Origin: Octopus bimaculoides
Taxonomy: Eukaryota
DNA: 35,795 bases
Direction of reading: 5' to 3'
Assembly: GCF_001194135.2 (NCBI RefSeq)
Contig: NC_068983.1
Location: 149,690,771 to 149,726,565 of the forward strand
The notes below the pieces were generated by a model. It saw only the letters and a program-made list of their open reading frames with translations, did no database searches and was not told where the DNA came from. Position 1 is the first letter of the stretch, and each line of letters begins with the position of its first letter. Shown here one piece after another: positions 10,558 through 21,560 of the stretch. Made by a program: the position numbers and the translations under genes.

Positions 10558-11246
10558 TATTAGTCAATGAAATTATTGGAAGTAGTACTGCCAGATAGAC
10601 TTCGTTCTTACCAGGATACTGAATAGACAGACATGGTTACTGTTGATATCCTATCATTAATTCCTTTCTACAATAGTAAATAATAGATAGAAATATAGAT
10701 ATCTGATTTTGTGTTGAGTACAAAAATGCGGCATAGTGTTGAATGACATTGATAGATGGATACTGTCTTTACCTAATAATAATGCAATGCATCTTAATTG
10801 TTGGACAGCTGTGATTAACGGATTAGACAGCGAGCAGAACAAAATTTGAATAAAAGCCTTCTTTGAACTGGTTTATGACAATTGTGAATATACAGTCTTT
10901 TCCTGGTGAAGAATGGAAGATAAGTGCTTTGTCATTAGGAGAAACATAATCTACTGTAGATATAATATTTATTGGTAAGACAGGTGACTAATAAACTATG
11001 GAACAAAATCAAATACATAAGCTAAGGTAGACACAATATATATATTATTTATATTGTTTGTAAGGACAATTGACTGAAAAATAAATATTTAAAATATATA
11101 TATATATATAATAATATAATATATATATATATATATATANNNNNNNNNNNNNNNNNNNNNNNNNNNNNNNNNNNNNNNNNNNNNNNNNNNNNNNNNNNNN
11201 NNNNNNNNNNNNNNNNNNNNNNNNNNNNNNNNNNNNNNNNNNNNNN

Positions 11247-11390
11247 GGCTCCAATCTGATTTGGCAGAGTTTCTACAGCTGGATGCCCTTCCTAACGCCA
11301 ACCACTCCGAGAGTGTAGTGGGTGCTTTTACGTGCCACCGGCACGAAGGCCAGTCAGGCGGTACTGGCAACGGCCATGCTCAAAATGGTG
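11247..11390 (-). mobile_element. RTE LINE 3'UTR fragment abutting an assembly gap and the minisatellite
   Basis: Near-identical to 4855-5075 (ctccaatctgatttggcagagtttctacagctggatgcccttcc). Confidence 0.85.
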
Positions 11391-11391
11391 T

Positions 11392-11632
11392 GGAATGAAA
11401 ACGACGCTCTGGAGTGAAAACGGGGCTCTGGATTGAAAACGAGGCTCTGGAATGTAAACGAGGCTCTGGATTGAAAACGACGCTCTGGAGTGAAAACGGG
11501 GCTCTGGATNNNNNNNNNNGGGCTCTGGATTGAAAACGAGGCTCTGGAATGTAAACGAGGCTCTGGATTGAAAACGAGGCTTTGGATTGAAAACGAGGCT
11601 CTGGATTGAAAACGAGGCTCTGGAATGAAAAC
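11392..11632. repeat. 19-bp tandem minisatellite (consensus GGATTGAAAACGAGGCTCT), about 13 units
   Basis: Contiguous units with no spacers, read directly. Variants recur with a 4-unit period. Contains a 10-N gap. Confidence 0.95.
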
Positions 11633-12438
11633 ATAATATATATCTATATAATATAATATATATATATTATTGATAGGTTTGTTTTAGAATTCACATCTTA
11701 ATAAGTATGCTGTCATTCAATGGGATTGTGGGCTTAAGTCCAGACATATGTACTTTAATCTAATATGAAATTAAGGTTCTAGTACAATGTATAATCCTTT
11801 GTTAAAGTATTACCAAAATAGTTGTACTGTGGTAGAATAGTATTATAGATAGATTACAACTTTGATTTTCTTCTATACTTAAGATACTTTAAAGCATTAT
11901 ATACATTATTCTTTCGAACATTTTTGTTTGTTTTAATTACAGTCATAAGGAAAGAGAGAAGAAAATTAAACTAGTATTTTCTCATGGATACTTGTATGTA
12001 GCTATTTCTGCATATGTTAAAGCACATTTGAAAATAGATAAAACATCTCAAGATAGATGTAGCGGCAAGTATATAAGAAAGCTATTCTCTTCTAAGTATT
12101 ACATATGTGAACTTTACACCATCTCAAGAATCAAACACTTCAGAGAAAATACAATTTCAAAAGGAATAATGTACTTCGTACATCCTCTATGCACTTCCAA
12201 TAATCTTATAGTTTTTAAAATAACCATAGAATTTTCATGAGTATTGCTAGTTAACAATAATGAGTATTTTAGTTAATATTCCTGTACTTTATTACCCTGT
12301 CATCACTATTATTTTTCTTGTATTATATAATTTAAGTTAATTAAGTTAATTTTTTTATTTGTTGATTAGAATTTATCAAATCAATTTCTATATTTCGATA
12401 ATTTTCCTTAACACTTTCTTTATTTTCATCTCTTCTAG

Positions 12439-12498
12439 AAACTCAATAAATACAAAAGCACACATGAGTCAGATATAAAGATAATGAGGCGAAAACTT
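12439..12498 (+). CDS. GEMIN2: GEMIN2 coding exon 4 (KLNKYKSTHESDIKIMRRKL)
   Basis: Acceptor ttttcatctcttctAG| and donor CTT|GTAAGT. 60 nt, open in phase 0-0. Size and position match the poorly conserved vertebrate exon 4 (NVNKHRSHW...). Sequence similarity is weak, so the call rests on splice signals and size. Confidence 0.8.
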
Positions 12499-12545
12499 GT
12501 AAGTTCTTGAGAATATTTAGTTTTGCAAAAATATATTTTTTTATC

Positions 12546-12765
12546 CAGTGTGGAAGATGTTTGTAAGCCATTTAAGAACACTTGAAAAACTGATAGATTC
12601 ACTTCAATATTTAAATTTAATTTGTGTCAAAATATTTTCGTCGCTTTGAAACTGCGACCTGTTCATTGACAAAACTTTGTGCTGCATCAATTTCAATGTT
12701 GAAGTGAATCTAACAGTTTTTTTGTATGTTCTTAAATGGCTTACAAACATCTTTCTTCCACGCTG
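12546..12765. mobile_element. Fold-back (palindromic) MITE-like element
   Basis: cagtgtggaagatgtttgtaagccatttaagaaca...gattcacttcaa is mirrored by ttgaagtgaatc...tgttcttaaatggcttacaaacatctttcttccacgctg. The arms are imperfect and about 70-90 bp long. Confidence 0.8.
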
Positions 12766-13683
12766 CAATTGTTTTTATTTCAACACAGAATCTCAGATCA
12801 AGTCACTTGCTATGCAAGTACATCTCCGTAATATTTTTATCCATTAAATTGATTTACCCCCTCTCGCAAACTTACTGGCCATGTGCCAAAATGTGAAATC
12901 AATGTGACTATATTTAATAATGTTTAATGCATAATTTCTACTTATTTCATATGTATCTGAAAAGTTATATTCCTGATATAAATAAAATAATTCTTATGAT
13001 ATTTGTACAAAAATATTACTGTGAAGTATCTTGTCTTTGCCTGCTCTTATACATGCACATATTGTATTTCAGAAGTTTCATACCCTTCACTTCATACAGT
13101 GGTAGATGAAAGTGTATTTTGGTGTATGATATATTTCTAAATCAAAGGGAAGGTCATCTTTGTGGTATCTAGACATAACATGGATTCAAGAGATGGTCTT
13201 TCAAAATACTGATCTGTGTCATTATTTAGCATCATCAGAAGAAAAATAATAGAATCAGTGGCTTGTCTGCTAAAAACCTAACTTATCTCTAAAAGGCAAT
13301 TTGTCTTTTGACTAAATCATAACACAGCAATTTATCTCATCATCTTTTCTCAGACATGGAACACATCTAGATATAGATCAAGTGCTATGTGTCATAGTCC
13401 TGGCATCAAAGAAGTCTATGCATCAAAGGAGTATGTAGGAAACAGCTAAGGTGACTACAAAGCTACCTTAATGGGAGATCCATCATGGGCATCTTTTTAG
13501 GTCAGCACTAACCCATCACCAGTTAATATAGCAATTCCTTTAGGTTCAATAATTGGTTTGTTTCTTTTGTATCCTTATATTGGATTTAATGAAGCAGGGG
13601 AGAAGAAAGTATATACATGATGCACTATTATTACTATTATATGAGACTCAATGCTCTATATCAAAGGCTAACAGGCAACTGTC

Positions 13684-13791
13684 ACCAACACAAACTGCCA
13701 ATCGCACACAACTCTTTGTTTTATAATAATGGGTCAGTCCACCTTTTAGTCACTTGGTGAGTGGTCAGAATCCTTCTACATCTCCCTTTTT
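13684..13791 (-). mobile_element. 3' LTR segment of a Gypsy-like element, preceded by a polypurine tract
   Basis: About 95-bp direct repeat of 15632-15717. On the minus strand AAAAAGGGAGA (PPT, 13791-13781) is immediately followed by TGTAG..., a canonical LTR start. Confidence 0.65.
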
Positions 13792-13884
13792 AGAATCAGT
13801 CTCCCCTATCTTCTCCTCTTTTGAGAATTGAACTCCACTCCAAATTTTATATCTCTTACGCTTTGGGTTCAATTCTTGTGGAAA

Positions 13885-14139
13885 AAAATCAGCACACGCT
13901 TGATTTTATTATTCTTTTTCTTAATGAACACAGTTGGTGATACCCATTCAGAGCATTCCACTTTTTGAATAACTCCAATATTTTTCTAGTCTCTCTAACT
14001 CCAAGTTTATCTATTCTAACACTGTGAATGGTATCGTTCATTTTTGTTTAAATGTCAGTATGATGTTTTCTTGTATTTGAAACTGTGCCTCCATTTTGGT
14101 ACACGGACCTAATTTATCAGACAGAACTTCAGGAAAAAT
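13885..14139 (-). pseudogene. Ty3/Gypsy pol fragment (pre-RT tether and RT start)
   Basis: Translates IFPEVLSDKLGPCTKMEAQF...IPF..LE*INLELERLEK/GVIQKVECSEWVSPTVFIKKKNNKI.RVCADF, the ELERL...SEWASP...RVCADF signature of Gypsy RT. Contains stops and frameshifts. Confidence 0.8.
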
Positions 14140-14152
14140 ATTTACATGTTAC

Positions 14153-15470
14153 AATGATGTTTCTGTTTCCACGTTGCCTTCTATTGTTGGTACTGCCCGT
14201 GCATCGAACCAGTTTCTTGTCTCCTCCATCTCTATCTCCATCCTTTTCTGGCTCTCTGGTCAAGAGCTCACACACTCTTTCCTTTTCCTCCTATTCACGA
14301 CACTGAATGATTCTTCTTTGTCTTTCTCTTCTTCCGGCACTGCCACTTTGGCATTCTGTCCTTCATACTACTCCTCCTCTTTTTTTTTTCTTGGGGCACC
14401 TTGCTTTCATGTGCCCCTTTTGACCACATAAGAAGCATGTTGGTGGTCTGCCTTCCACCACCACACTTAGCCTTCTGGTAGAATAATCTTCTGGTAGAAT
14501 AATCTTCTGGTAGAATAAACTCCTGTGATCTCATGCAACAAGTCTTTGAGGCTCACTTGTATGGCCATCTCGAGGCCATAACCCCACCAATTAACCTCTT
14601 TGATTCTAGTAATCTTCAAGATTTTAGCTTCATCTTCCATTCTTTGCATGACTGCTGCCACCAGCCATGCTCCCTTAATCTCGGTGGGAAGGGACTCTGC
14701 CGATTCTTACTCTGGCGACGCATTTTCCACAGTACATTGGCAGAAGTACCCATTCCTGTGTCCTTATTGGCACAGTGGAGTGGTTTATTGCGTCCTCTTC
14801 GTTGGCAAACCTTACCTCCTCTGTGCCATACTTCCTTCCACGCGTATAAAAGGTGGTAAACCTCCTTATGTCTTCAAGGCATTCCTCCATTGCCTCAATT
14901 GTTGCAATCTCTATCTCTTTAGAGTAGGGGTTTTCAAACTTTTTGACTTGCGGACCCCTTTATATTTCAGGCTTTACCTCAGGCTTTACCTTTATAAACG
15001 CTTATGAAATTTATACATAAATATTTGCTTAAAATAACATATTTTTACATTTATTTATTTAACAGTATTTAATAAATAGGTTTATTGTCAAATAAAAGAT
15101 TTCGATTAAAAAACATATATAAAATCAAATTGCCCATAAAAAGTATTTGCTGTCCACGGACCCTTCTTGTCCTTGCGGACCCCCTGTGGTCCGCGGACCA
15201 CAGTTTGAAAACCCCTGCTTTAGAGGACGTGGATAGCATTCTGTATACCACCGTCCTCTTCGCCAAATTATTAGTCAATTCCTCCAGTGGGGTCGGCCTC
15301 AAACTGGCTCCTTCTTTTTCTATCAATTTACTGCCCTCCTTCCACTTTCTGGGCTCCATCTTGATCTCTCGCACTTCCAGTGTGTTGGTAGTCAATCCTT
15401 TTATCGCAACAGATACATAACTTCCGGCTGGTTCATATTCCATCTCTCCTCTCTTCTCCACTATACCCAT
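14153..15470 (-). pseudogene. Non-LTR (L1/Tx1-like) ORF1 / gag-like gene with a CCHC zinc knuckle, interrupted by a hAT MITE
   Basis: ATG at 15470. VVEGRPPT-CFLCGQKGHMKARC-P (C-X2-C-X4-H-X4-C at 14437-14396) is followed by a charged tail. Removing the MITE and one TSD rejoins ...MLSTSSK-EIEIATIEAMEECL in frame. Confidence 0.7.
14925..15217. mobile_element. hAT (Charlie-type) MITE, 293 bp
   Basis: TIRs TAGGGGTTTTCAAACT / AGTTTGAAAACCCCTG with a perfect 8-bp TSD CTTTAGAG (14917-14924 and 15218-15225). Confidence 0.93.
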
Positions 15471-15631
15471 AAATGGGGAAGAAAACAAATACAAAAACAG
15501 GCAAAAACAGCGAGAACAATTCAAAATTCAACAAATTCTACAGATCTTAGGTTCACCCATGTGGGGAGACCTTCAGCAAGTATAACAAACGACTTACTTC
15601 AGAATCACAAGTGGTTTAACCAAAAATTTTT

Positions 15632-15717
15632 ACCAACACGAACTGCCAATCACACACAGTTCTTTGTTTTTTAAAAATGAGTCAGTCCACTTGATGGGTG
15701 GTTGGAATCCTTCCACA
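15632..15717 (-). mobile_element. 5' LTR-like segment paired with 13684-13780
   Basis: accaacacgaactgccaatcacacacagttctttgtttt...gtcagtccac...gaatccttccaca is a diverged direct repeat of the left copy and begins TG on the minus strand. Confidence 0.6.
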
Positions 15718-16485
15718 ACAGTTTCTGTTTTCTATTTTCATAGATGATCTAGTTAAGTAGCTGTAAAAATAAACTATACTTCTATATTAACAATACCATC
15801 TGCACCAGTAAGATCAGCAGGAGAAACCAGCTCTGCAGTAATTAGCTTAAACAGAAATCTTATCAGTAATGAAAGCTTGGATAGATAACTAGAAGTTGAA
15901 ATTTGAGCCATCAAATTGTAGTTTTATCAAAGTGGTTTTATCAAAGAAAAAAAAAAAGGGCCATTGAATCTTAATGTGACTGGGAATTATCAGCTACCTA
16001 TAAGTAGCTTGAGTATCTGGGTATAGCCATAGATAACAAGCTGGTATGACTGGTTTGAGTTGATATATCATAGTAGTATGTTATAATGCTGCATAGAGCC
16101 TTGCAGCATCATGTTGAGTTGTTATAAACTGGACACGAAATGAAGGTCTTCAAAGCATAAATCTGAAGCATTTTGATGCATACAAGCTTATCTTAGACGA
16201 ATGTCTCATGTATTCTCAACCAACTTACTGCAGCCTAAAAGAAGACTTCAGGATTGTCACAGTTAATGAAGCGAAAAACATAGCTGGAAATAAGTTGCTG
16301 CACTGTGAATTAGAATTATGAAGTAATATATAGGACCCTATATATGACTGGTACTTTGTTGGTCCTAGAGTGCTGAAAGGGAAAATAGACTCCGGTCAGA
16401 ATGGAGAATTTGATAGCTAAATATGTAAAGTTATCTGCAGTAATGCTCTATTGTTTCTGCTACTCCACTGATCTAATAAAGATCA

Positions 16486-17480
16486 TTATCGTTGTCGTTG
16501 TTTAATGTCTGCTTTCCATACAGGCATGGGTTGGACAGTTTGACTGAGGGCTGGCAAGCCAGAAGGCTGCACCAGGCTCCAATCCGATCTGGCAATGTTT
16601 CTACAGCTGGATGCCCTTCCTAACAATAACCACTCTGAGAGTGTAGTGGGTGCTTTTTACGTGCCACCAGCATGAGGGCCAGTCAGGCGGTACTGGCATC
16701 GGCCACACTTGAATGATGCTTTTTATGTGCTACTGGCATAGGAGCAAGTCAGGTGGCGCTGGCAATGACCATGCTCAAATGCTGCTTTTTACATGCCACC
16801 AGCATAGGTGCTAATCAGGTGGTACTGTCATCAGCCATGACAACGACTCACTTGCTTCAACAGGTCTTCGCAGGCACAGTTTATTGCCCAATGATTGAAG
16901 GGTACTCTTAAATGTGCTGGTTATACTGTACTGGCATAGGCCATGGTTACAGTCTCACTTGGCTTGCTGGGTCTTCTCAAGCACAGTGTATCTCCAAAGG
17001 TCTCAGTCACTTGTCATCTCCTTGGTGAGGCCCAATGTTCGAAGGTTGTGCTTCACCACCTCATCTCAGGTCTTCTTGGGTCTACCTCTTCCACAGGTGC
17101 CCTCTACTGTTAGGGTGTGACACTTTTTCACACAGTTGTCCTCATCCATTCGCAACACATGACCATACCAGCACAATCGTCTCTCTTGCACATCACATCT
17201 GATGCCTCTTAGGTCCAACTTTTCTCTCAAGGTACTTACACTCTGTCAAGTATGCACACTGACATTACACATCCAGCAGAGTATACTGGCTTCCTTCCTT
17301 GCAAGCTTACGTATGTCCTCAGCAGTCAAGGCCCATGTTTCACTGCCATGTAGCATGGCTGTTCACACACATGTACCATACAGTCAACCTTTTACTCTGA
17401 GCAAGAGGCCCTTTGTCACCAGTAGAAGTTGGAGCTCCCTGAACTTTGCCCAGGCTATTCTTATTCTACACTCTCAGAGC
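16486..17480 (-). mobile_element. 5'-truncated RTE LINE (longer copy)
   Basis: Same tail and 3'UTR as 4757. The internal RT C-terminal region is the reverse complement of 23585-23870 and extends further 5'. Confidence 0.85.
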
Positions 17481-18024
17481 AACTGATTTGGTCACCTAGG
17501 TAATGGAAGCTATCAACTACTTCTAGTTTTTCCCCCTCGAATGTGATGGAAGCTGTTTTCTGCACATATTCAGTGTTTATTGCTCCTGAGTATTAGCCAC
17601 ACACAAAAACTATCTTCCCAGTTAGCCTTCCTTTGATATTGCTGCACCTCTTATGTGTCCCTAGCTTACACTGGGTACATGCTTTTTCTACAGATCGAGC
17701 AGGGCCATCTACCTGAAACTTCTCCTCTAGTTCTGATAGTGACTCAGCTATTAGAGCAAGGTCATCAGCATAGAGAAGCTCCCAGGGGCATCCTAGAATA
17801 TAAAAAAAAATTGAGTATGAAGAGAACAGTCGATTATATTAATATCAGTATTTTACTGGTATTTATTGTATTGGGTCTGGAGAATGTCAGGTAAAGTCAA
17901 CACTGAAAAGATTTGAATTAAAAAATCCATAACTCAATACTACTTGGAATTTAATATATCATTCTTTTATTTCTACCATCATTGCTTTAATAATAACATC
18001 ATCATCAGCAGCAACAACAATAAC

Positions 18025-18703
18025 GAGCCTTTCTACTACAGGCACATGGCCTGTAACTTTGGGTGGAGGTCTATTTCTATTACATCAACCCCAATACTCA
18101 ACTGGTACTTATTTTATCAGTCCCAAAAGGATGAATGACAAAGTCAACCTTGGTGGAATTTGAACTCAAAACGTAGAACTTGAAGAAATGTTATAGAGCA
18201 TTTGTCCAATATGCTAACAGTTGCACCACCCAATGATAATAATTCTTTCTACTATAGGTACAAGGCCTGAAATTTTAGGGGAAGAGATAGCTGATTGTAT
18301 TGACCCAAGTGCTCAACTGGTACTTATTTTATTGATCCTAAAAGGATGAAAGGCAAAGTTGATCTCAGTGGTATTGAACTCAGTAGGTAAAGAGCCTGGA
18401 ATAATATAATCAGTTTTGTCTGATGTGCTAATGATTTTGCCACCTTGCTACATTAAAAATAATGGTTTCAGATTTTGGCACAAGGCCAGCAAGTTCGTTT
18501 GCATCAGCCTCTGTGATCAACTGGTACTTATTTTGTTGACCCCGAAAGGATAAAAGGCAAAGTTGACCTTGGCGGCTTTTGAATCCAAAACGTAAAGACA
18601 GACGAAGTGCTGATAGGTATTTTGCCTGGCATGCTAACGATTCTGCCAGCTTGCATTATTATCATTATTATTATTATCATCATCATCATCATGATTATTA
18701 TTA

Positions 18704-18741
<38 letters not shown>

Positions 18742-18780
18742 GAGAAATCATCAAAATCATCATTATTATTATTAGGGCAG
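18025..18780. mobile_element. Three tandem copies of a second short repeat family plus (ATT/ATC)n tail
   Basis: The motif caactggtacttatttta...aaaggatgaa..gcaaagt.gac..ggcgg.tttgaa recurs at about 18100, 18315 and 18520, and again at 20640-20775. Microsatellite at 18655-18773. Confidence 0.75.
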
Positions 18781-19196
18781 TAAGCTGGCAGAATTGTNNN
18801 NNNNNNNNNNNNNNNNNNNNNNNNNNNNNNNNNNNNNNNNNNNNNNNNNNNNNNNNNNNNNNNNNNNNNNNNNNNNNNNNNNNNNNNNNNNNNNNNNNNN
18901 NNNNNNNNNNNNNNNNNNNNNNNNNNNNNNNNNNNNNNNNNNNNNNNNNNNNNNNNNNNNNNNNNNNNNNNNNNNNNNNNNNNNNNNNNNNNNNNNNNNN
19001 NNNNNNNNNNNNNNNNNNNNNNNNNNNNNNNNNNNNNNNNNNNNNNNNNNNNNNNNNNNNNNNNNNNNNNNNNNNNNNNNNNNNNNNNNNNNNNNNNNNN
19101 NNNNNNNNNNNNNNNNNNNNNNNNNNNNNNNNNNNNNNNNNNNGTTGCTCATTTCTGTTGATTTAAAATATATCCATCCACTTATGATATTACACT

Positions 19197-19489
19197 CCAT
19201 TGCCAGTGCCCCTGGACTGGCTCCTGTGTGGGTGGCACATAATATACACCATTTTGAGCGTGGCCATTGCCAGTACCGCCTGACTGGCCTTCATGCGGGT
19301 GACACATAAAAGCACCTACTACACTCTCTGAGTGGTTGGCGTTAGGAAGGGCATCCAGCTGTAGAAACTCTGCCAAATCAGATTGGAGCCTGGTGTAGCC
19401 ATCTGGTTCACCAGTCCTCAGTCAAATTGTCCAACCCATGCTAGCATGGAAAGCGGACGTTAAACGATGATGATGATGATGATGATGAT
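19197..19489 (+). mobile_element. RTE LINE 3' end with (GAT)n tail
   Basis: Reverse complement of 4757-5100; ends acgttaaacgatgatgatgatgatgatgatg. Confidence 0.88.
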
Positions 19490-19746
19490 TTTCCTTCTTT
19501 TCCTTCATATATATTGTCTTCTAGGGATAGTAGAGACTCTCACATGTCTTCTTTTTATTTTATTAATGGGAATACTCTCTACATCCCTAGTAAATAATAT
19601 TTTTTATTTCTAGGGTTGTACGCAGAACTTTGAAAATCCAAACAATAATATAACTGTTCATTCTTTATACATTCTGGTATATTTGAACATGAATATCTGA
19701 TCATTGTTGTTTGTTTGTCATCAGAGAATGCTTCCTGCCTTTAGCT

Positions 19747-20243
19747 CAATGGTTCTCAATTGGGGTCTATAGAAGATTCTGTTAAAATTTATGATAATGA
19801 ACTTATTATACACAGCACTCAGGTGCACTATATCTCACCAGAAAAAGTAAACAAAACTGCATGAGCAGTACATAGAATATGCGCAGGAAGTGAACAGTGA
19901 ATAAGTCTTCAAAAATATGATTTTAAAAAAAAATTGGAAGTAGGAGCATCAGGTTGTACTGTCGGTGAATTTCAGGAAGCATGGAAGTTTTGAAAGATGT
20001 AATGCTTTGACAGCTAACAACTGAGGCTGGTAATTTATTCCATGCTTCAGCAATTCTGAATAAATTCTGAATTATGTGCAATAAATTGGTTATACTTCCA
20101 CAAATCACCAAATATTTTAGCATTTATTAAATACAATCCCTAATATTATTATAAAGATATAAAATTTTTTTAAACATAAGGGTCCATCCAAGTAAAATAG
20201 GAATGAAAGGGGTCCACAGGTAAAAAATGGTTGAGAACCACTG
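19747..20243. mobile_element. hAT (Charlie/MER5-like) MITE with a nested CR1 fragment
   Basis: TIRs CAATGGTTCTCAA / TTGAGAACCACTG. The flanking 8-mers CTTTAGCT and CTTTAAAT match at 6/8. Confidence 0.75.
19935..20052 (-). pseudogene. CR1-like LINE RT C-terminal fragment
   Basis: The minus ORF contains EAWNKLPASVVSCQSITSFK, the WNxLPxxVV...SFK motif typical of CR1 ORF2 ends. Confidence 0.6.
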
Positions 20244-20928
20244 CTTTAAATGATGTGTGCTAATAATATGTGGTTCATGTGTTTTTTTGGTGTAAGGGGA
20301 CATTAAAACTTGAGACCTTGTTGAGTTTCTCCTCAGTCAATGCTATATCACCAGAACAAAGAAGGAATCAGCAAACAAATTATTTCCTGATGTGTAAACA
20401 TGCTCCAATCAGATTCATCCATCTGGTGGCGTAGCTTTGACTGAGGAGACACAAAGCTGAAACTTCATGGTGACTCAAATTCCTCTTGCATCAATGAAGT
20501 GATTAATTGCATGTGTAATAATTATGCATCATCTAAAGTGAGGAGGCATTGTCTGATGATGAACAAACAACAGCAATCAAATATACATCTTCAAATCTAC
20601 AAGAATTAATTAATTAATAATGAATAAATACATTGTTAACATTGGTATCAAATTTCAGCACAAGGCCAGCATCAATTTCGATTATATCAACTCCAGTTCT
20701 CAGCTGGTATTTATTTTATCGATCCTGAAAAGATGAAAGGATATAGTCTACCATGGCAGAATTTGAACTCAGATACATTGTTAATATTTTTAACTGTTTT
20801 ACATTAATTTTTCCTTGTTTGCATGGTCTATTGCTACACTTCTAGTCATGGATGGGTGAGTTTCTTACACAACACATTGTCAGATTGTTTAATTTCACTT
20901 CTTTAATTATATATATTCTATTTTGCAG

Positions 20929-21060
20929 CCTTTAGCATCTGAAGTTGAAGAATGGTTTAAACTATGTTTTGGAAGATTGAAAAACCTCACACCAGATGAG
21001 TCTAACGTGCTAGAAGGTGGTTGTTTTCCTTTCCTCAGTTTGGTTTCTGTTATGGAGCAG
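20929..21060 (+). CDS. GEMIN2: GEMIN2 coding exon 5 (PLASEVEEWFKLCFGRLKNLTPDESNVLEGGCFPFLSLVSVMEQ)
   Basis: Acceptor ttttgcAG| and donor CAG|GTAAAA. 132 nt, phase 0-0. EEWFKLCFG matches EEGWKKFCLG, and FPFLSLVSVMEQ matches FPPLLSIVSRMNQ. Confidence 0.93.
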
Positions 21061-21383
21061 GTAAAACTCTTTTCCGAGCATTTTCCTTATAATGCACTTG
21101 TGCATTTACTTCTTTATGTTTTAGACTCTATATATGTATTGTTTTAAGAGGCTTGCATTGACCTGAGGATAATATGGAAGACATTTGTCTAAGGTGCCGT
21201 AGTTGGATCAATTTGCAATCACAGAACCATGTGATTGCAAATTGAAATGATGCATGAAGATATGGGTATAGAAGAAGATCAAAAAATTGCTTGGAGCATT
21301 GTCTAAGTATCATGAAGAAACAATGAAAACACGCCAGAAAAGGTCTCACAACTTAACATTAGGTTCATTTCCTGCAGAAGACA

Positions 21384-21560
21384 TGGCTGAATGGTTAAGA
21401 AGCTTGGTTTATCACCATGTGGTTTTAGGTTTGATTCCACTTGGGTAAGTATCTTCTACTATAGCCCAAGATTGACCAATGCCCTGTGAGTGAAATTTGA
21501 TTGACAGAAATGATACAGAAGCCTGTTTGTGTGTCTGTCTGTATGTGTGTGTGTGTTTCT
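21384..21560 (+). mobile_element. SINE family A, degenerate 5' half
   Basis: tggctgaatggttaagaagcttg...ggtttgattccac...gtatcttctactatagccc...tgtgagtgaaatttgattgacagaaa. Confidence 0.7.

Noticed and set aside
11392-11632. CRISPR-like appearance of the 19-bp repeat
   Set aside because: The units are contiguous with no unique spacers, there are no cas genes, and the context is eukaryotic.
18772-19309. Long ORFs spanning N-runs (also 11045-11370 and 32069-32587)
   Set aside because: They are open only because N codons contain no stops.
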